A stretch of 63,120 bases of DNA, counting the filler, from Craspedostauros australis (taxonomy: Eukaryota): the NCBI GenBank assembly GCA_030167865.1. It is 6 parts of 6 records of this genome, joined end to end, with 100 filler letters (N's around TTAATTAATTAA, not from the genome) between each part and the next. Parts side by side here need not be neighbours in the genome. Positions count along the whole stretch, not along the records: positions 41,169 to 59,610 come from JALAGF010003132.1; positions 59,711 to 61,735 come from JALAGF010003134.1; positions 61,836 to 63,120 come from JALAGF010003138.1; 3 more parts are not named here. One strand, 5' to 3'. Positions 58,978 through 63,120 of the stretch are shown one piece after another (positions within the stretch are counted from its first letter, which is position 1; every line of letters begins with the position of its first letter). The notes beneath the pieces were generated by a model that ran no database searches, was not told the DNA's origin, and saw nothing but the letters and a program-made list of their open reading frames with translations. The position numbers and the translations under genes are program-made.

Positions 58978-59327
58978 GGCCATTTCCTGACAGGCGCAAC
59001 AATCGCAACAGCGACACCATCATCAACATCAACCACAGTGTTGTATCACATCGCATCATCCCATTGCCTCAATAATCACTGGAGAGAGGGAAAGAGAGAG
59101 AGAGAGTAGATCCACCACTGGACATTGGACATTGGACATTGGATACTGCGCCATCAGCAATCGCGTTAGTCGCAACAGGCCGTCCATTCAACATTGAGCA
59201 TCGATCATTGTGCGATTGAACGATTGAACGATTGAACGAAGCAACAGAGCGGATCATTCCCAAAACAACCCAACCCAACCCAACACAAGGCAACACAATA
59301 CAAGGCAACAGAAGACAACACAAATCG

Positions 59328-59610
59328 ATGGAAGACAACAGATCCCCGTTCACCAGCAAGGCTTCACGGTCGTCCTCCTCCACGTCCGGCATTGAACGCA
59401 AGACCGGCCACCAGTACGGCCGCAACTCTGCGCCATCACCAAGCTCCATGTCGTCATCGGCAGCATCATCGCCCACCGGCTACACCTCCGCCTACACCTC
59501 CAAGTACATGGACGACCTGGGCAGCAAGCAGCAGACCGTGTACAGCGATGACAATGAGGCAGAGTTCTCCATGCACTCGCAGCAGGACTTCGACGCCGAC
59601 ATGGTGGACT
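59328..59610 (+). CDS. 5' end of an unknown gene, truncated by the gap
   Basis: MEDNRSPFTSK... is open into the gap, has C-ending codon bias and follows a CAA-rich 5' UTR. Confidence 0.6.
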
Positions 59611-59710
59611 NNNNNNNNNNNNNNNNNNNNNNNNNNNNNNNNNNNNNNNNNNNNTTAATTAATTAANNNNNNNNNNNNNNNNNNNNNNNNNNNNNNNNNN
59701 NNNNNNNNNN
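59611..59710. other. Assembly gap spacer (plus a plain 102-N gap at 59909-60010)
   Basis: 44N-TTAATTAATTAA-44N. Confidence 0.95.
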
Positions 59711-60937
59711 GATCTTGGGTGTGACACGTGCGAATCTTGCCCTGACCTTCTCAAGTGAATACGATCAATCGTGTGATCGTACTACTAGCAACATTGTGAG
59801 AAGACGTAATTCACAACACAGGCTATCGCGGTGTTTTGTTCATTGACTTTTGCACCTCATCTTCACGCAGTAACACGCACATTTGCCGTGTTGTCTCCGT
59901 GTTAATTTNNNNNNNNNNNNNNNNNNNNNNNNNNNNNNNNNNNNNNNNNNNNNNNNNNNNNNNNNNNNNNNNNNNNNNNNNNNNNNNNNNNNNNNNNNNN
60001 NNNNNNNNNNACTCAATAACAAACACTCATCCTCACCCCAACAACGATCTGATCACTCTACGTTTCGGTGCGGAATCCCATCCTTGATTTCGTTCTAACA
60101 CCAACGGACTCTGCACAGAACAAACATTGTTCTCGGATCGGGTCATCAATCTCAAAGATCTTCGTCCGGAACTTTCCATCGCGAGACACAGAGCAGCGAT
60201 TTGGTCTTGCTCCCGACACGAAGCGAATTGAAAAGCGCGAACCATGAGACAAGACCTTCGTCACAAGGCCATCACGTGACCTCGATCGGAATCAACACAG
60301 CGCACACGCCAACGTTCTGAGTCACACGGTCAAAGCACAAGAACGCTCCGCATTCGGCAAGGAGTACCTATGCGGGGAAGCTGATGGCCAAAGCCTCTCA
60401 TGATCAGCAGTACCTAAACCCTGCGTTCATGCAAGCCCATACAGAGTGCGTGTGCAGAACTGAGAACTTCGGGTGCTGCTGGTTGCTGTGTTCTACCTTT
60501 CGGAGTACAGCAGTACAGTGATGGAACAAAGCAGAGGGTATCGTATGCTCCCACACGTCATTCCCAATTTCTTCTACGATCTATTGCTCTGTTCTATCCA
60601 GCGCTCTGTGCATGACATAGTCGGTGCTGGCCACGTGCAAGCGCGAGTGTTCACTGGCTTATTGTACATCCGGTGGGATCGGGCTCGCAATGAAGTCAGC
60701 TGTCCATGGCAGTGTCCTCGTCCGAATCGACCATGTGTCCGTGCTGTTTTCGCCGCGCTTTTTGTTCTTGCTATATTGGCGCCAAGCGGAATGTCGGTGT
60801 AACGGTTTCCAACGCTCGCATTGACGCCTTTCAGAAGACTGCTCATGACCAGCCTCGCCAACACAACACGCAGCTGGAGAGGCGCCCTATCCATTGCGCT
60901 TCAGGAGGTGTGGTCGGTTGGAGTAAGCAAGCGTTCG

Positions 60938-61735
60938 CTACAGCTTGACTTTGGCTCTGGTAGACTTCTTCGTGACGCGTTTCGAGTCCGACTTGCCGGC
61001 CGCCTTCGCTTTGGCTTTCGTCGATGATTTGGCAGTTGCTGCCTGCACCGCCTTGTGCTGATCGTAGGCCTCCTTCATGCGCGCCATGTTCTTCTTGGAA
61101 ATCACGGTGTGCTCCACGACAGGGTACGGATAATTCTTGCCAAGCTGAATGCCCGCAGTCTTCAATATCGCCGGCGGTGCCTTCCATGGTTCGTAGATGT
61201 ACTTCGCGGGGAGCTTGGACAGTACGGGGAGATGGTGCTTGATGTACTGACCGTCGGGATCGTTCTTCTTTTGGAAAGCGACCGGAGAATAACATCGAAA
61301 GTACTGGTAGAAGAAGCCGCTGCAGGACAGCCACAGCCAATTGAAGGTGTTCAAGGCGTAATCGGCGTCGAGCAGCTCGCCCTCAAAGTGTTCCGCGCCC
61401 TTCTCCCAGCTCTGCCACAGGTCGCCTCGCGTGAGGAAACAGGCGACGGCGTGGCGGCCCAAATGGTGGATCCAGCCTTCGTTGCGCAGCTGCGCCATGC
61501 AGGCATCGATCCATGGATACCCTGTCTGCCCTGCCTTCCATGCCGCCAGCAGCTCTCCATCGTCGTCCCACGGCACCTGCCGACAGTACTTGTTGTTGAC
61601 CATGCCGCCCCAGCTCCCGGCATGTTCCTGGTTGGCGGCGTGCGCGATGAGGTTGTTGAAGTCGCGCCACATGAGCTGGCCGTGCAAGCTGACCGGCGGC
61701 TTGGACGGCGTAGCGTGCGTCCGCTCCATGGCGTC
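60938..61735 (-). CDS. CPF1: Cryptochrome/(6-4) photolyase family protein, FAD-binding C-terminal half; 5' part lies in the gap
   Basis: SLHGQLMWRDF, GQTGYPWIDACMAQLRNEGWIHHLGRHAVACFLTRGDLWQSWE, LLDADYALN, WLWLSCSGFFYQYFRCYSP. The catalytic His pair of (6-4) photolyases is retained; basic C-terminal tail. Confidence 0.92.
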   Translation of the reverse strand, partial: DAMERTHATPSKPPVSLHGQLMWRDFNNLIAHAANQEHAGSWGGMVNNKYCRQVPWDDDGELLAAWKAGQTGYPWIDACMAQLRNEGWIHHLGRHAVACFLTRGDLWQSWEKGAEHFEGELLDADYALNTFNWLWLSCSGFFYQYFRCYSPVAFQKKNDPDGQYIKHHLPVLSKLPAKYIYEPWKAPPAILKTAGIQLGKNYPYPVVEHTVISKKNMARMKEAYDQHKAVQAATAKSSTKAKAKAAGKSDSKRVTKKSTRAKVKL

Positions 61736-61835
61736 NNNNNNNNNNNNNNNNNNNNNNNNNNNNNNNNNNNNNNNNNNNNTTAATTAATTAANNNNNNNNN
61801 NNNNNNNNNNNNNNNNNNNNNNNNNNNNNNNNNNN
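61736..61835. other. Assembly gap spacer
   Basis: 44N-TTAATTAATTAA-44N. Confidence 0.95.
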
Positions 61836-62366
61836 CGCGAATGTGCGTCTGAAGGACAGGAAGTACTTGTCCTCCTTGAGCTTCGGGAATCGTCCGCTGT
61901 CGCGCTTCATCCCCTTTCGAAAGTCCTGAAGACGAGAGAATGCTGCGCCAGCTGTTGCAGACGAAGGCGCCTCATCAGGGATTGGTGGAGTTGCTGCTGC
62001 TGCTGCTGCGGTCGCTGCTGCAACCGATGGATCAAAAAGAGGGGTGGCGATCGACTCAGCGAGGGAATGTCGGGTGATGCGGTACCAAGTGGCGAACGTA
62101 GGGTTGTCCTGAAGTTGGTACCACCGATGGAGGGCGAGGATCTTGCGGATGGTTGGCCCATTGAGTTGGTACGCAAAAGGCTCTGCATCCTCGTCAGCAC
62201 TCACGAATCGCATTGCGATAAGGTCGTCGCGCTCAAGGAGCAGGAGATCCGACATGTTGTTGATACCTTCATGTTCCAGAAGGTCGCGTTGATCGGTACC
62301 TGCAGTGATGCCGATGACACTCAGCACATGGGCGACAATCTCAGCTTCGGAAACGGTAGCAGTCAT
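61836..62366 (-). mobile_element. Ty1/Copia (CoDi-like) retrotransposon gag N-terminus, running into the gap
   Basis: FRKGMKRDSGRFPKLKEDKYFLSFRRTF resembles the FxKGIKRDxxxFPxLK motif of diatom Copia gag proteins. Confidence 0.7.
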
Positions 62367-62377
62367 CTTGGAATGTA

Positions 62378-62480
62378 GTTTGTTTGTTTGTGTTTGATTG
62401 TTTGTGTTTGATTGTTTGTGTGTGATTGATTGTGTGTGATTGATTGTTTGTTCGTTCGATTGATTGATTGATTGATTGTT

Positions 62481-62520
<40 letters not shown>

Positions 62521-62537
62521 TGATTGTTTGATTGTTG
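62378..62537. repeat. (GATT/GTTT)n microsatellite in the retroelement leader
   Basis: Directly visible. Confidence 0.9.
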
Positions 62538-63065
62538 ATGTGTTGGTAGATCGGATGGGATCGATACCAAATGGATGATGTGTTGATGAAGTGCTTGGGT
62601 AACAAGGCAATGGTTATCACTGACGAATGCGTCTAAAAGTGATGGAAGTGAGTGTGCACAAGCCGATTGGCTCTGATGTTCTGCGCAGCAAAGCTGAAGT
62701 CACAGAGATGGAATCAACTTCACGTCGTCACGCGATGTTGCAAGATGATGATTTTTGATGAATGCTCAATGACAATGGGAAATGACGATGGTTCACGCGT
62801 TCAGCACAGGATGTAGGCGATTGCGACTGTTAATCTGATAGAACACAGACAACAATGGGTACTTACTTCGAGATTGGGAGTGATCAGGTCCGTCAAATGA
62901 AGTAGAGTGAAGATGTTGGTAGTTGTCAGTGTGCTCTGAGTGGTTAATTGATGTTAAGATGATGTAAGCTGGCCCAATTCAGAACTGTTGGAGTCTGAAT
63001 TGTGAGCAGATGGAGATGAAATGATGAAAATGATGATGAGGCAACATGTGTTGCAACACACAGCA

Positions 63066-63117
63066 GAGCATGAAGTGCAGTGCATGAATTGCAGTGCATG
63101 AAGTGCAGAGCATGAAG
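63066..63117. repeat. Tandem 14-bp repeat (GCATGAAGTGCAGT), about 4 copies
   Basis: Directly visible. Confidence 0.75.
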
Positions 63118-63120
63118 GTG

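Overview
This is eukaryotic nuclear DNA, most consistent with a diatom or related ochrophyte. The evidence is ASAFAP-type bipartite plastid presequences, short GT-AG introns, a diatom-type Copia gag and a CPF1-type photolyase. The window is a draft scaffold broken by five 100-nt artificial gap spacers (44N-TTAATTAATTAA-44N) and two plain N runs. It holds about 20 protein-coding loci: a type-I membrane protein, an acylpeptide hydrolase (S9C), YoaK/DUF1275, a VAS1/ISS1-like aminotransferase, a four-CX9C protein, an ICME-like esterase, a cytochrome P450, plastid RRF, HCF101-type Mrp/NBP35 (4 exons), a CCCH zinc-finger protein, a secreted Cys-rich/mucin-like protein, a gap-truncated AAA-ATPase-associated TPR tail, an NTF2-like and an EF-hand plastid protein, a 4-exon HECT E3 ligase, two tandem LRR-like paralogues and a gap-truncated CPF1. 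It also contains a decayed FAD-monooxygenase pseudogene, a Copia gag fragment and a dispersed transposon-end-like repeat. The most interesting items are the duplicated CX5C-solenoid/mucin protein, the HECT ligase with three unnamed beta-rich repeats, the repeat family sharing a CCGGGTCGTATG terminus, and the 3.65-kb tandem duplication. No tRNA, rRNA or CRISPR array was seen. All calls come from motif recognition by eye; no searches were run.
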